Below, one piece after another: positions 50,946 to 63,111 of a stretch of DNA of 64,000 nt. The translations under genes and the position numbers were made by a program. Source of the DNA: Phoronis australis (lineage: Eukaryota; Animalia; Phoronida); assembly GCA_002633005.1 (NCBI GenBank), contig NMRA01000411.1:345053-409052 (forward strand), in the 5' to 3' direction. The stretch's first letter is position 1. The number at the start of each line of letters is the position of its first letter. Below the pieces are notes generated by a model that did no database searches, had not been told where the DNA came from, and was given only the letters and a program-made list of their open reading frames with translations.

Positions 50946-51952
50946 TTATGGAATTTTTAAAATCGATGCATTATAAGAGAAATTAGCGAATAGGTTTTCT
51001 TCCGTATCACGCCGAAGGCACGAGCATTAATTTGCGGCTCGCTTAGGCGTTGTGGTAACAAAACTCCAAATGTTAGTGTAAGAGTTGTCTCATGATAGTA
51101 GTAAGTACATATTTATATAATATACATATACATCAGTAATGACTTCAAATGAAATTTAAAAAATAATGCAGGAGTCTGCATTGTCTGATAAACGCAGCTG
51201 ATGTCAACACGGTCAAAACTGGATCAGAAAGAACTCAGTTAGAGTGATAATGGACAAAAGCTAATGAACCGAACACCAAACCACATCTCCCACCATGAAA
51301 AAACCACCTTATATAGGTAATGAACACGTGTATCGCACATGGTTTGATGTTGACAATCATGATTTTCCCATTCTAGGTTCAAACTATTTTCACTAGCAAT
51401 CTAGCTGAAGGCTTTAGTTAAGGCGTACTCTGAATAACTGTAGGACCTCTGTACATGACTGTTACCCAAATTGATGTGAAGCCATTTTTACATGAGAGAC
51501 AGTTGTCACCGTGTCAGTTGTCACAGCGCGACTTACTCAACTTAAGTCGCATTAACACCACATTAAATCATAAATTTTATCAGCAGGAGTCACTTACACC
51601 AAGACTGTCTGGGCAAGCTCACATAAACAATAGCCAATGTCCAAACCACGTGTAATGCCAGCTAGCTGCTGATCACCCGAAAATACATTATTGAGCAAGC
51701 GCACTGAAAGATGATCCCTTTCCGCCCTAACCCAATTGTGTTTAGACGTTTAGTTGAAACTGGAGCAACTGATCGAGTGCAACTTGCTCTATCTATCAAA
51801 CCGGTGTCAAAAACTGGCCGGACCGCTCCGCGTCAGTCATGTTTACACACACACTCGCACCCGATCAGCTGTTAGGTGTGCCTTGTCAGCTGTCTCTTGT
51901 GTAAAGGTGGCTTAACTAACTGCAAGATTACTCCACATATGCGAAACAATAC

Positions 51953-52112
51953 CTCTTTGTAGACATGTGACTCAGTGTGGAAACATCAACACCATCAGCA
52001 AACCATTGCAAGTCCACGCGTGGGTAGGCATCAAACACACATACCATGTTCACGTCTCTTTTCTTCGGTCCAGAGAACAACAAAGTCTCAGGAGCAAAAA
52101 CCTCGGGTGGAA
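51953..52112 (-). CDS. Gene C exon, first half of Ig3
   Basis: ttttgttctag|TT acceptor, AG|gtattg donor, phase 1 to 2. FPPEVFAPETLLFSGPKKRDVNMVCVFDAYPRVDLQWFADG. Confidence 0.9.
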
Positions 52113-52335
52113 CTAGAACAAAACCAGATATTCTTAGAAATGCAATAGTTTGAGAAGCCGCGACGATTTACTAATCAATAAACAGATAGGAAAATGACAG
52201 GAAACAACAGAAATATTGCTCTTAATAAACTGGATTGTTGGCGGAGGTGCAGACGACAATTTTCAGTTTTTGAAGTTTTCCACACCAAATATGTAAAACT
52301 ATTCACATGAGATTCATGAGGAAATTACTACTCAC

Positions 52336-52486
52336 ACGACACCTCAACTTTAACCTTTGCACCAACGGTGGCACCATAGCCGTTGAAAGCAAGACATGCA
52401 TAGATTCCACCATCGAGTTTGGTCACTTTATCAACAGAAAAAACTGGGTTTGCGATGGACCCTTCACCACTCGGTAAAGCAGCATC
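52336..52486 (-). CDS. Gene C exon, second half of Ig2
   Basis: tttgtttttag|GAT acceptor, T|gtgagt donor, phase 0 to 1. DAALPSGEGSIANPVFSVDKVTKLDGGIYACLAFNGYGATVGAKVKVEVS. Confidence 0.92.
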
Positions 52487-53403
52487 CTAAAAACAAAATG
52501 TAAATAAATATTTACAGACACCCTTTGAATGGCCAAACAACCAGTGAAATAATTTTACACATTGTGGCCAAAGTTGTGCTTAGAACGTGGAATTCAGTTT
52601 CTGCCTAATTTTCTGAAATTATAATACACGTACTAGATAGAACAGTGGATCTTCGGTCACAATCTCAGCTCCCCCCTGCAGACACTCTTCAAATAGGATG
52701 AAACTTAGCAAACAGTTTGGCCAAAGTTCTGCTGGAATTTGAAGCTGCAGGTTTTTTTGAAAGATACATAGAGCAATGGATCTTTCATTTACAATCCAGA
52801 GCATGGGGTCTAATCTCAAACGCAAAATTACTTTCGACATTTCCTGTTTCTTTGTGAACTCAAGTGTCTATTACTTTTGTATCAAAACACAACATTATGG
52901 TTTAGTCCAAGTTTGTACTGCATGACCTCTAGATTCGAGCTTCAAACTCTAACAAACAAACCATAATTTCAAGTTCAGACTCAATGATAGTGTGATGATC
53001 AACCAAGCCTGCCGTGTCAAACTCACTCAACTGATTATACCTATCAGGTTGAAGTGGAAATTAACTTTTATTAACCCAGTGAGTCTTGTTAACATCTTAT
53101 GACGAAACCCCAAACCAAATCTATTTGAAACAGCCAAGTGGAAAATTAAGTTAAATTTGAGGCACACCTGCCTTAGGCCAAATGTGTAATTCACAATAAC
53201 GCAAAAGAAGACGATCATGGCATAACTGGCGATGAAGTTAGGTACGAAGGTTTAACAACTGGTGACAATGGGCCCTCAGTCCTCAACAACTAGTCCCTCT
53301 TGAGTCCTTAAGCTCATAATGGATGCACAAAAATTAAACAGAAAATTATGATTTATGGTCGGGAAACACTGTAGCCAACGCTACCTCATGAGTCCCAGAT
53401 TAC

Positions 53404-53522
53404 CTCACGAGTCCACGTGATTGTGGGTGTGGGCCGACCCAACACAGAACAGTTCAGCTCTAGTCTGTCCCCTGGCTCTAGTCTGGCTTGAGTTGGAACA
53501 ACCTCAAGATCATATGGAGGAA
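53404..53522 (-). CDS. Gene C exon, first half of Ig2
   Basis: ttttttttag|TT acceptor, GAG|gtaatc donor, phase 1 to 0. VPPYDLEVVPTQARLEPGDRLELNCSVLGRPTPTITWTRE. Confidence 0.92.
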
Positions 53523-53643
53523 CTAAAAAAAATTTTTAAGGTGATGCATGTTTATTGAAGAATACAAAGAGAATACAAGTAAATAATGACAAACCCGGAA
53601 ATCGCGAAGCATATCTGGGTTGTAGACAGTACATAGATGAAAG

Positions 53644-53802
53644 TACCGTAAACTCGCGGGTCAACGCCAATTCTCGAGTAATCGCCCATCCCCAACTTTT
53701 GGTCAATTTTTGGTTTTAAGCGCCCACTGCTTGGGTCATCGCCCATCCCCCTGCCAAATGTTTTCCCAATTTAAGCGCCTAGGCCGTTAACCCGGTACGG
53801 TA
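53644..53802. mobile_element. TACCGTA..TACGGTA MITE (Tc1/mariner-pogo type, TA TSD)
   Basis: Ends taccgtaaactcgcggg and cccggtacggta; internal taagcgcc/atcgcccatcccc repeats. Confidence 0.6.
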
Positions 53803-55472
53803 CTAGAATTATATACACGTAAGTAGTAAGTATTCAAATATTTAGATGTGCTATTACGAACATATTAAAAACAAAAACATGTACAGATATGAAAATCAGA
53901 ATTAACAAGATTTATAAACATTAGATAAAAGTTCACTAACATTGCTTAAGAGGAATTCACTGAGAAAAAGGTTGAAGTTTAGACTACTGTTTAATAATAA
54001 TGTAACTTTAGTAGAGATATCATTACTGAAAATTCAAGGGCACCAGTTTTTGAAAACCGGTGACAGTAAAACCATGCAAGCGAATCACACGTCGACTGAA
54101 GGAAAAAACAGCATGTGGAATAATTGAATGTAAAGTTTTAAAAATCCACATAGTGACCTTCGTAAAACGGACGGACATTTTTAACTTTTATGATCGACAT
54201 GTGTCCCGAATAATAGATAAATGACATGTACGTTGCGAGGTCGTTACCAGAGATGAAAAGGACACCGAGGTAGGCGATATAAGGTCACATATTACGACTA
54301 ATACAATTACAAGTAAATATAGTGAATACAGATAAGTAACATAAAAATGATTATCTCTGGTAAGATGGGCAATGAAAAAGAGCCACAAGATGTTGCAAAA
54401 CAGCTCGTGCTCATCTGGACAATTTTTAATTTAAATCTGAACCTGTAAAAGGGTGCCATTGTCCATCATAAAATCCTCATTTTTTGGCTACATAAAACGA
54501 TACAAAAATCCTACAAAAATTCTTTTTAAGGTATAACTTAAAAATATGGGAATTTTTGTCGATGTGGACCTTTAAACATTGGGAGAAGGTACCACCTCCA
54601 GAAGCGTGAGTCTGCCTCTTATTAGCTAGTCCGTCCAATCCCACCTCCACACATTTTTGGCTGCAGAGTTGTAGTATTTGTCACCGCGATTTACAATCTC
54701 ACGAAACGCCATTGAAGAAAACCACACTATCCCAGGTGCCCCGGCAATGATGACAATTTACATTCCTCCAAAACAAAAAGAGCAACTTCCGCTTTCCGAG
54801 GTGAAAGTTGTCGGCAACGCCGCGGTAAGAAAGAAACTTGCCGCGGAAATTTTATATCAAATCCGATTTTTTTACGCAGAAATATAATAAAATACGCGGA
54901 CAGAACATTTGAAAAAAGCGGAAATACGCGTTTCCGTGGATAATTCCAAGCCCTGACCATCTACAGTTCCTTGTGCAGACAGAACACAACCTTGTCATCG
55001 AAACTCACTCGCTGAGACCTTCACTGGTCAATCCGCTAACCTTAAGTTACTAGAAAAGCTGCCATTGTCGTACAAACCATACAGCTTCAGCTGATGGTGT
55101 TGTTCTCTGAAGACTTCGGTAATCAGGCACGGAATTACCCATCATCAACATGGTAGTAAACATAGGGAGATCGATGCAAAAATTTTTTACATCTCCATTT
55201 CAAAAAGTTTTTATGTAGCATACTTGAATAGTTCATGAAAAGTATACATTGTTAGGTTAGACAATAGTAAAACAGACATACAAGCAACTGTCCATCGCAG
55301 ACATAGACCATGAACACAACTTATCTACAGTCAAATTTTGAAACTTTCATTGATTGTATGAATAGTTTTTTTGGAAATTTAGGGTCACTTAATACTTTAG
55401 TCGAAGAAGAGTCCGGCTTCAGGCCTCTAAAAACGTAGATCTGCCACTTAACATCTTAACATTTGATCTCAC

Positions 55473-55721
55473 CTTTCACTTGCACTTCAGTGGCATGAGC
55501 AGCACTTCTACCGTCCAAGTTTGAGCATTCGTAGACGCCATCATGAATCTGCCAGTTCACGTTGATGAGCGTAAGGTTAGATGTGTACTCTAAGTCCCCA
55601 TCCACCCGAGCTTGGCCCATCAACGTTGTCTCCACTGAATCCAGAATCCTATTTCCGCGTGTGAGGGCTTGACTATGATCCTGATTTTTAGGTGTGAACT
55701 TCCAGACAATAAAGGGGTCAC
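55473..55721 (-). CDS. Gene C exon, main part of Ig1 (V-like)
   Basis: tttctacaatttccag|GT acceptor, AAG|gtgaga donor, phase 1 to 1. GDPFIVWKF...SNLTLINVNWQIHDGVYECSN...TEVQVK. Confidence 0.9.
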
Positions 55722-57415
55722 CTGGAAATTGTAGAAAGGTCAAGGCCAAAACTATTCACAAGATAAATCTCACCTGAATTTCGGAAACATTGGCCTACAA
55801 GTGAATTTTCGTTTCATCATTTTTTCATGCTACATATACAGCCGCAAATAAAATGGTTTTCCATGTTCAAAGTTTGTACCAGAGTCGCCATCAGACAAAG
55901 TTTTGAACAACTGTGGAAAGTCACAACAACCTGAGACATGATACAAAACGTACCGAGAGTGGCGTTCATGAAGTAATATCCTACGAGACCGAAGGTCGAG
56001 GTCAATTCGCAGAATAATGTCGAGTGGGATATTACTCCATCTACGCTAATCGAGGTACGTTTTGTATTTATCCAATATGCTTCAAAGTCCCAAGTTTCTT
56101 TCATTTTTTGGCAGTCACCCAGACTGTTCACATGGCGGATCACATCTTACATGTAATAATACTTGCGTGTTGGGTTACAAGTTTTCTCTAATAAAAGAAA
56201 AGGTTTTAAATGTAATGATTTCTTAATTGAAAAGAGATAGCAAAGATGAAAACAACGGTAATTGAGCATTGAACTTTAACATTTGCTGACAATAGTTAAA
56301 TAACATTTGCTATTGAGTTGCAGCATGGCGAATGTTATTTACACTACTGCAATTGAATTACTTTAAACTATTTTCGGAAAGTTTGATCATTGAAATGGCT
56401 AACAACGTTGAGTCGACATTGACCTATCTTTTAAACTTTCCATGTCAACGGTCACTGTTGAAGTAGTGCGGGAGGTGAATACGTAAAACAATATTACATG
56501 GCCGTATTGCACTCGACTCAGATTCAATGAATATGAGATAAATCACATGTGACCAGACTCTAGGTTCCAAGAGTGAGCTTGATCTCAATTGTAGTGCTGG
56601 TAACAATACAGTAAAAGTCTCCACTTATTTCGCACAAAGACAATTGCAAAAAGTGGCGTTTTCCCATTTTTCAAAGNACAGACGTTCAGTATTAATGATG
56701 ACTTCTGAGGGATTTGACAAATGAAGAAGCCGTTTTACAGGGCCTCGTTTGCCTGAGGGGAAAGATGCCTGTATCTTCCGAGGGGGGATTTTTTGGGTGA
56801 GAAAGTCCTGCGTCCTCTTGGACAAAATTTCACTGTCTGCCAAATTTTAAGAACCTTCATCCAGCTTAGTGTTTTGAGGCCAACACAAACACACTAAAAA
56901 CTTCAACTAGGGAGCGTGGCAATAAGATACTGTAAAGTTTCCTCAAATTTGAACAAAAATAATGGCCATAATTGACATTTTTTATATTTCTAATGCCCAC
57001 TGTACTGCCAAAAACGCACAAAATTTCATGGTGTGTTTGTTGGTGTCACCCGTACTATATAATGTTTTTTCAAACAATAAGCAAAATTGTCTTTGTTTAT
57101 TCTTGTTGACAGTTTCAATAACGTAAAATTTCCTTGTTCCGCCATATTATGTTCTAATTTGCTAACACTTTACCATAAGTCATATCTATCCAAAGAGTCA
57201 TCAGCCAGGTTTCCATTAACAAAACACCTTCGTCAAATTTTGGTGCTCCTTACCGTTAGGCAGATTACACGGTGGTTAACAACAAGGAGCACTAAAACGG
57301 TGCACGATGTGTGACGTGCGTACCGGAGCTGTGTTGAAACTAACAGGTGCCGTCTTCGTCTTCATAGAAATACGTATCAACTTGTATGCCGGAGTAATAT
57401 AACAGGGATTAATGG

Positions 57416-57822
57416 TATCGAGATTTTCCGTAGATAAGCCCATGGGCGTGTATTCGGAAAATGAAAAATTTCAGACGTTTTGGTAACACCAAATAAACGC
57501 CCGGAAGAAGGGGCGTTTTAACGAAAAGTCATAGGTTTCCTGATATTTTTTACTTAAAAATGTGTTTTAAATTTTACGTTAATAAATGCATAGTTCGCCA
57601 GCACTTTGTTCGTTTTTATAAATGATAAATGCTCCACAAAACTGAATTTTTGACTAAAAGTTGACGGTTAGTGGGCATTTAAAGGAAATTTTCCGAATAA
57701 ACGCCGTACTATCAGAAGTTGTTACACCAAATATACGGCCACGGGTGTTTATTCGGCATAATTTTCCGAATAAATGTGCATGGGCGTTTCATCGGGTGAG
57801 CTTACCTACGGAAAACCCGGCA
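57416..57822. mobile_element. MITE with nested inverted repeats
   Basis: gattttccgtagataagc pairs with gcttacctacggaaaa; catgggcgtgtattcggaaaa pairs with ttttccgaataaatgtgcatg. Confidence 0.6.
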
Positions 57823-58018
57823 TTTGCCATTGGGGCTTGGCTATTCAAAACTCATAGGGGGTAATAAAACAACCATCTTCTCAGCCAGACCATACGCCCT
57901 ACATTAAGCTGTTTTCCTACACAAACCAACTGGGACAGCTGTATGATTAAGAGTAGGGTTTCAGACCTTGCATTTCAATTTCAAGTCATTACGGTGTTCT
58001 CCCGTTCAGTGACTTTAC

Positions 58019-58088
58019 CAGACGTAGAGGGTTGTGAGCATGTGATAACATCTAGCCCCTTTGTTAACTGCCAAGCACAGTCTTTTGT
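58019..58088 (-). CDS. Tentative gene C exon supplying the first Cys of Ig1
   Basis: ccag|ACA...TCT G|gtaaag gives TKDCAWQLTKGLDVITCSQPSTSG, which joins DPFIVW with a plausible Cys-x12-Trp spacing. The acceptor is uncertain. Confidence 0.3.
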
Positions 58089-60468
58089 CTGGTATGACAA
58101 CAGGCAGGCCAGTTATCTACCAGGATTATTACAGACCATGTGTGAACACAGTCAAACCCAGAGTGAATTGGTACGTTCGGAAAGAATAGATTGTCGTAAC
58201 TTCGGTTGTAGTTGGGCGATTTTAGTGATTCAAAAACTAAACATGATCAGCATTTGACGAGAAATTCAGAAATGCTATTGGTTTATGTTGAAATATATTA
58301 TAACTTAACTTTTACTTTTAACAGCACAGCCCAGTCAGGCTAGATACGATCTTATTGGAGATTACAGCAATTATCAAATAAAAGAGCGCTGGTCCTAATT
58401 AATCAGATTTGTGTAAGATATTGGCTACAGGGGTCATCCTCCCTCCCAACTTATTGTTGGGCTATAGAATCGAACAAGTTGGGATCAACAGGAAAACGCC
58501 GTAATGTGACCTATTGGTATGTGAACAATACTGACGATTTACTACTATCTGTAAAATTCTAAGACAATATGTCAACTAGTTACCCCTCCAACCCCAAAAT
58601 GGCAGAGAGAAAGGTATATTAAGGTAAAATAACAGTAGTCGGATCTGGACGTCCCGAAGTCCATGTGGAGTGTTATTGTTCCAATCCTGCCACATCAGAA
58701 TGTCCCGCTTTTTGACATGCACAATATGAACGTATTACAGGACATTTGTGTGCTTTTCCACACCATTTGCTATTTCCTTTCCTCACTCCAATTTCACAAA
58801 CATGCCAAGGTATTTCTGGGCGTGCATCAAACATTTGCTCCTTGTGGTATCAGCATACACTTTTTTTCATTTTTGCATGTTATGCTGACAACTGCAAACC
58901 ATGATCGTTACAGAAAGACACCAACCATAACAATCCTTTAACAACCTAATGTTGGTAAATGTCGAAGATGGTGCAAACAAGTAACAATAGTAATTTATTG
59001 GAATCAGTTACTCAAGACTTAAGCTGTGTTTACAAATTACACGAAAATCCTACACTGTGCTTCAGAGAAATTTCTATCTTGGATTTCATAGATAGGGCAG
59101 CTCATATTAGACATATGAAGAAGATGATGACAATATGCCCCACATATTATGTGAGTGCATAGAAAGTCTTCAAGACATTGTCCTGAGTGGTATTACCTAA
59201 GCTACCATTAGGTTTACTGTAGTCTATAGACTAGTGTACACCTGCCACAACAGAAGTTGTTTATTGCAGCTCTAACAAGCTATTAGTCAATCCATTAGAA
59301 GGTGATATCAGATTACAATTGGCAATTCAAATGGTAACAACACCTATGGGATGACCCAAGCTGTTTCTCTCAAACCACTATATTGTCTGTAATGTCTTCC
59401 AAAGGACATAACCGTAACATAAAATTTGCTTGTGAATATTTAGCTAAGGTACGTCAAAAAATCAAAATACAGCATCCCACTCCAAATCAACCGGGGGTGA
59501 CTGGAAAGTCCTACAAGATCTTCTGAAACATGATGCTCTATGTATGGAACACTACCTAGCAATGGCTTTCATTATCCTGAGCCCGGCCCAGTGTGACAGG
59601 TCCAGCTGGTCCCAGCTTGGTGTCACATCACTTTTGAGTCAGATTATATTTGTTACAAACAGGCGCACCACTACTTAACATTAATACCATCACAACAAAT
59701 TATAACTTTAAATCCTTATTAGCCACATCATCACAAAGATAAGTGGTTTGTCTATAAGACCATTCTTATATTTTTAATCTTTACTTGGTGAAATGAGATT
59801 TGTCCAAGTAGGTTACATTATTGTAAATTGTTTTTTCTTTCTCCGACATGAAATTCATACACAACATATATTGTGAGAATGTTGAAGTCTAGGCCAACTG
59901 TTTTTGGGTGAAATCAAGCAAAATGTGGCACGGTGACATCCATTTTATCAAGTTTTCACTTCGCAGAGTTCTAGCTGATAGCGGTCTTTTGACAGAATTT
60001 GAAAACGGGCCTCAGAAAATTTGGAATCCGTTTCTCATACATTACTTACAATTTTCATTTCAGATTTTCAGAAGAAAGTTCTTTTATTTCATGACTTACT
60101 GTTTCCTTATAAACAGTTCTCACTCAGTAGTTCATTGAAAATGCATTTATGGCCGAGTTGAGAAACTTCAAAAGTTCACCAAATAATGCTGATGTCAGCA
60201 GTTTGAGGTTTCTAGTCACAGGATTTTACATTTCTAGTCTGATCTCTAGCTATGAATGTAATTCAGAATGCCCCAAAGAAGTATGGTTGTTTGCACTCAA
60301 CGCTGAACTAATATACCACCCGAGGTCTCATTTAAAGGGACATTCTCGAAGGAAAGGAAACTGCGTAGAATCAAATCCACTAGCTCTGCAGTAAACTAAC
60401 AAAAGCTGAATTCCCGCATTCAAAGAGCAATAACAGCTATGTCCAAAAGCCAAACTTAACTCCCTTAA

Positions 60469-62709
60469 CCCTTTCGAAACGAACCCGGCCAAACCCGGCC
60501 GCTGCCGTATGCAACCAACCCGGCTCAAACCGGCCAACCTTACCTTCATAAATACAGTTCCAGTCTATTCACGCATATTCTCGAGTCTGAACGTTATTTC
60601 CGTTGTAAACATCCGTCTGTTCGTCCTACCACATTTCACGATGTCTGACAATTGAATCTGAAGTTTTTTGAGGTAATTTTCGGGTAATTTTTGAACTTGT
60701 TTCCGAAAATTTAGATGTCTCGTGGCTTCCGGTGAAAACAACGCCTATACCAGTGACAGTGACGCTAGTTTCGGCGGTTTTACGAATGCACAAGTAGCCG
60801 AATTTCTTCGAATTTGTGAAGGACTTGTTGTCAAAAATAAATCTGAAGCTAATATCTACGATGTTTCGTCGACTGGGGATCAGAGCGATGATGAAATCGC
60901 CGATGTTGCCGATCCAGTATTAGCAGCACTTGGTGCCGATTGGTCTCGGGACTTGTACAATAATAATTTAATGGGATTTACTGAAATAACCGGTGTTAAT
61001 CATGACTTATAACCTTCAGCCAAACCTGTTCACTGTTTCAAACTGATTTGCCAGATATTATTTTTGAAATGGTGTCTCAGGGAACGAATCTTTTTGGCCA
61101 GCAGAATTTTGCAACATCACTGGAAAACAAAATGGCAGCCAACTTGCCCTGATGAAATAAAGTTTTTTTTTTCTTTATTGGGATCATGATGGGTATGAAG
61201 TAGTAGCCAATAATAAAAGTAACATTTTCTAAGACAGTAAAAGTTTATTTCATGCATTACATACAATTCGAAATGTGAATTCGGAATATGAGTCTTACCT
61301 GTACTTACCTATACCTAATTGTTTGTTGTGGCTCATTACCTTCAGGTAATGGTTAAATGGTAACCTGTGACTGTTGTTTAACATTTTGCTGAGTATGTTT
61401 TTGGTCTTAACTGTTATTGCAAGCCAAATTATCCTTAGATTTTGGGCTTGTACATTGTGTTCATCTTTCTGCCGGTTGACTTGGTTGTTACCTGCTTGTT
61501 GTTATCTAACATANCTTGTTTCCGAAAATTTAAATGTCTCGTGGCTTCCGGTGAAAACAACGCCTATACCAGTGACAGTGACGCTAGTTTTGGCGGTTTT
61601 ACGAATGCACAAGTAGCCGAATTTCTTCGAATTTGTGAAGGACTTGTTGTCAAAAATAAATCTGAAGCTAATTTCTACGATGTTTCGTCGACTGGGGATA
61701 AGAGCGATGATGAAATCGCCGATGTTGCCGATCCAGTATTAGCAGCACTTGGTGCCGATTGGTCTCGGGACTTGTGCAATAATAATTTAATGGGATTTAC
61801 TGAAATAACCGGTGTTAATCATGACTTATAACCTTCAGCCAAACCTGTTCACTGTTTCAAACTGCTTTGCCAGATATTATTTTTGAAATGGTGTCTCAGG
61901 GAACGAATCTTTTTGGCCAGCAGAATTTTGCAACATCACTGGAAAACAAAATGGCAGCCAACATGCCCTGATGAAATAAAGTTTTTTTTTCTTTATTGGG
62001 ATCATGATGGGTATGAAGTAGTAGCCAATAATAAAAGTAACATTTTCTAAGACAGTAAAAGTTTATTTCATGCATTACATACAATTCGAAATGTCGTGAA
62101 TTCGGAATATGAGTCTTACCTGTACTTACCTATACCTTATTGTTTGTTGTGGCTCATTACCTTCAGGTAATGGTTAAATGGTAACCTGTGACTGTTGTTT
62201 AACATTTTGCTGAGTATGTTTTTGGTCTTAACTGTTATTGCAAGCCAAATTATCCTTAGATTTTGGGTTTGTACATTGTGTTCATCTTTCTGCCGGTTGA
62301 CTTGGTTGTTACCTGCTTGTTGTTATCTAACATATTGTCTTGGTAATGCGGTGAATACTTACCTGACTTCTTAGAATGAATTGAAGAACATTGTGAATTA
62401 ATTATTTTATTGTCTAAGCAATAAAAACAGTAATATTTTGGATGGAAATGGCGTAATTTAATTGACAAGCACATTATTTGCTACCTTTACCTGCATTTAC
62501 CTGATAATTTGATGAGTTTCGCTCATAAAGTCAACAGCTACATGAACACCATCATATGTTGGGTATATGTTCCAAAAATCAAGTTAATATCTTGTCAAAT
62601 AGTAAAGTTATGGTCATTTTTGTACATGCACTCAAAATAAGTGGAATTTCTCAATTTAATGTGGTCTTCACCATATGGTGATTTTGCTGTAAATAGAAAC
62701 ACGATAGGG
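60469..62709 (+). mobile_element. Decayed piggyBac element with PGBD4-like transposase N-terminal remnants
   Basis: TTAA|CCCTTTCG left end and CGATAGGG|TTAA right end. Acidic N-terminus then WSRD..FTEITG..P..CFKL..FEMVSQGTNLFGQQ..WQPTCPDEIKFF..IGIMMG, with stops and frameshifts. No DDD core seen. Confidence 0.8.
60696..62334. repeat. 819-bp near-identical tandem duplication joined by a single N (61514)
   Basis: 60696-61513 versus 61515-62334, differing by scattered SNPs and small indels. Confidence 0.92.
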
Positions 62710-63111
62710 TTAAGTTCAATCTCCTCCACAAGAGGTCACTGTCAAAAGTTACAGCCCTACTGAGTTATAATCAACTTGTATAATAAGCCTGGTATAAAGT
62801 AATAACGAACTTTCCATTCTTTTCAGAAATCAGATCTACTTTGACAAAGTAATAATTTGAGACCAATTTCATAACAGCAAGTGACCTAAAACTTATAGTT
62901 TTGTGACAAACGGTGAAATAACAGTTGCTTTTAATGTCAAATGTATTTGGATGTGCACTGATTGCATGGAAATTCAAGGCTTGACCCACATCACCACACA
63001 GACATCCTGGAAAACACACTTGTACTCGAGTTACTTATAATTAGATAATCAAAAGGGTGTGTACAGTAACACAAACATTACAAGACTTTGGATCCTAACC
63101 ATTGATCACAG

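Noticed and set aside
60696-62334. 819-bp duplication as LTRs or a duplicated small gene
   Set aside because: Single N at the junction (61514), no internal region or TG..CA ends, and the ORFs are piggyBac remnants. Probably an assembly artefact.
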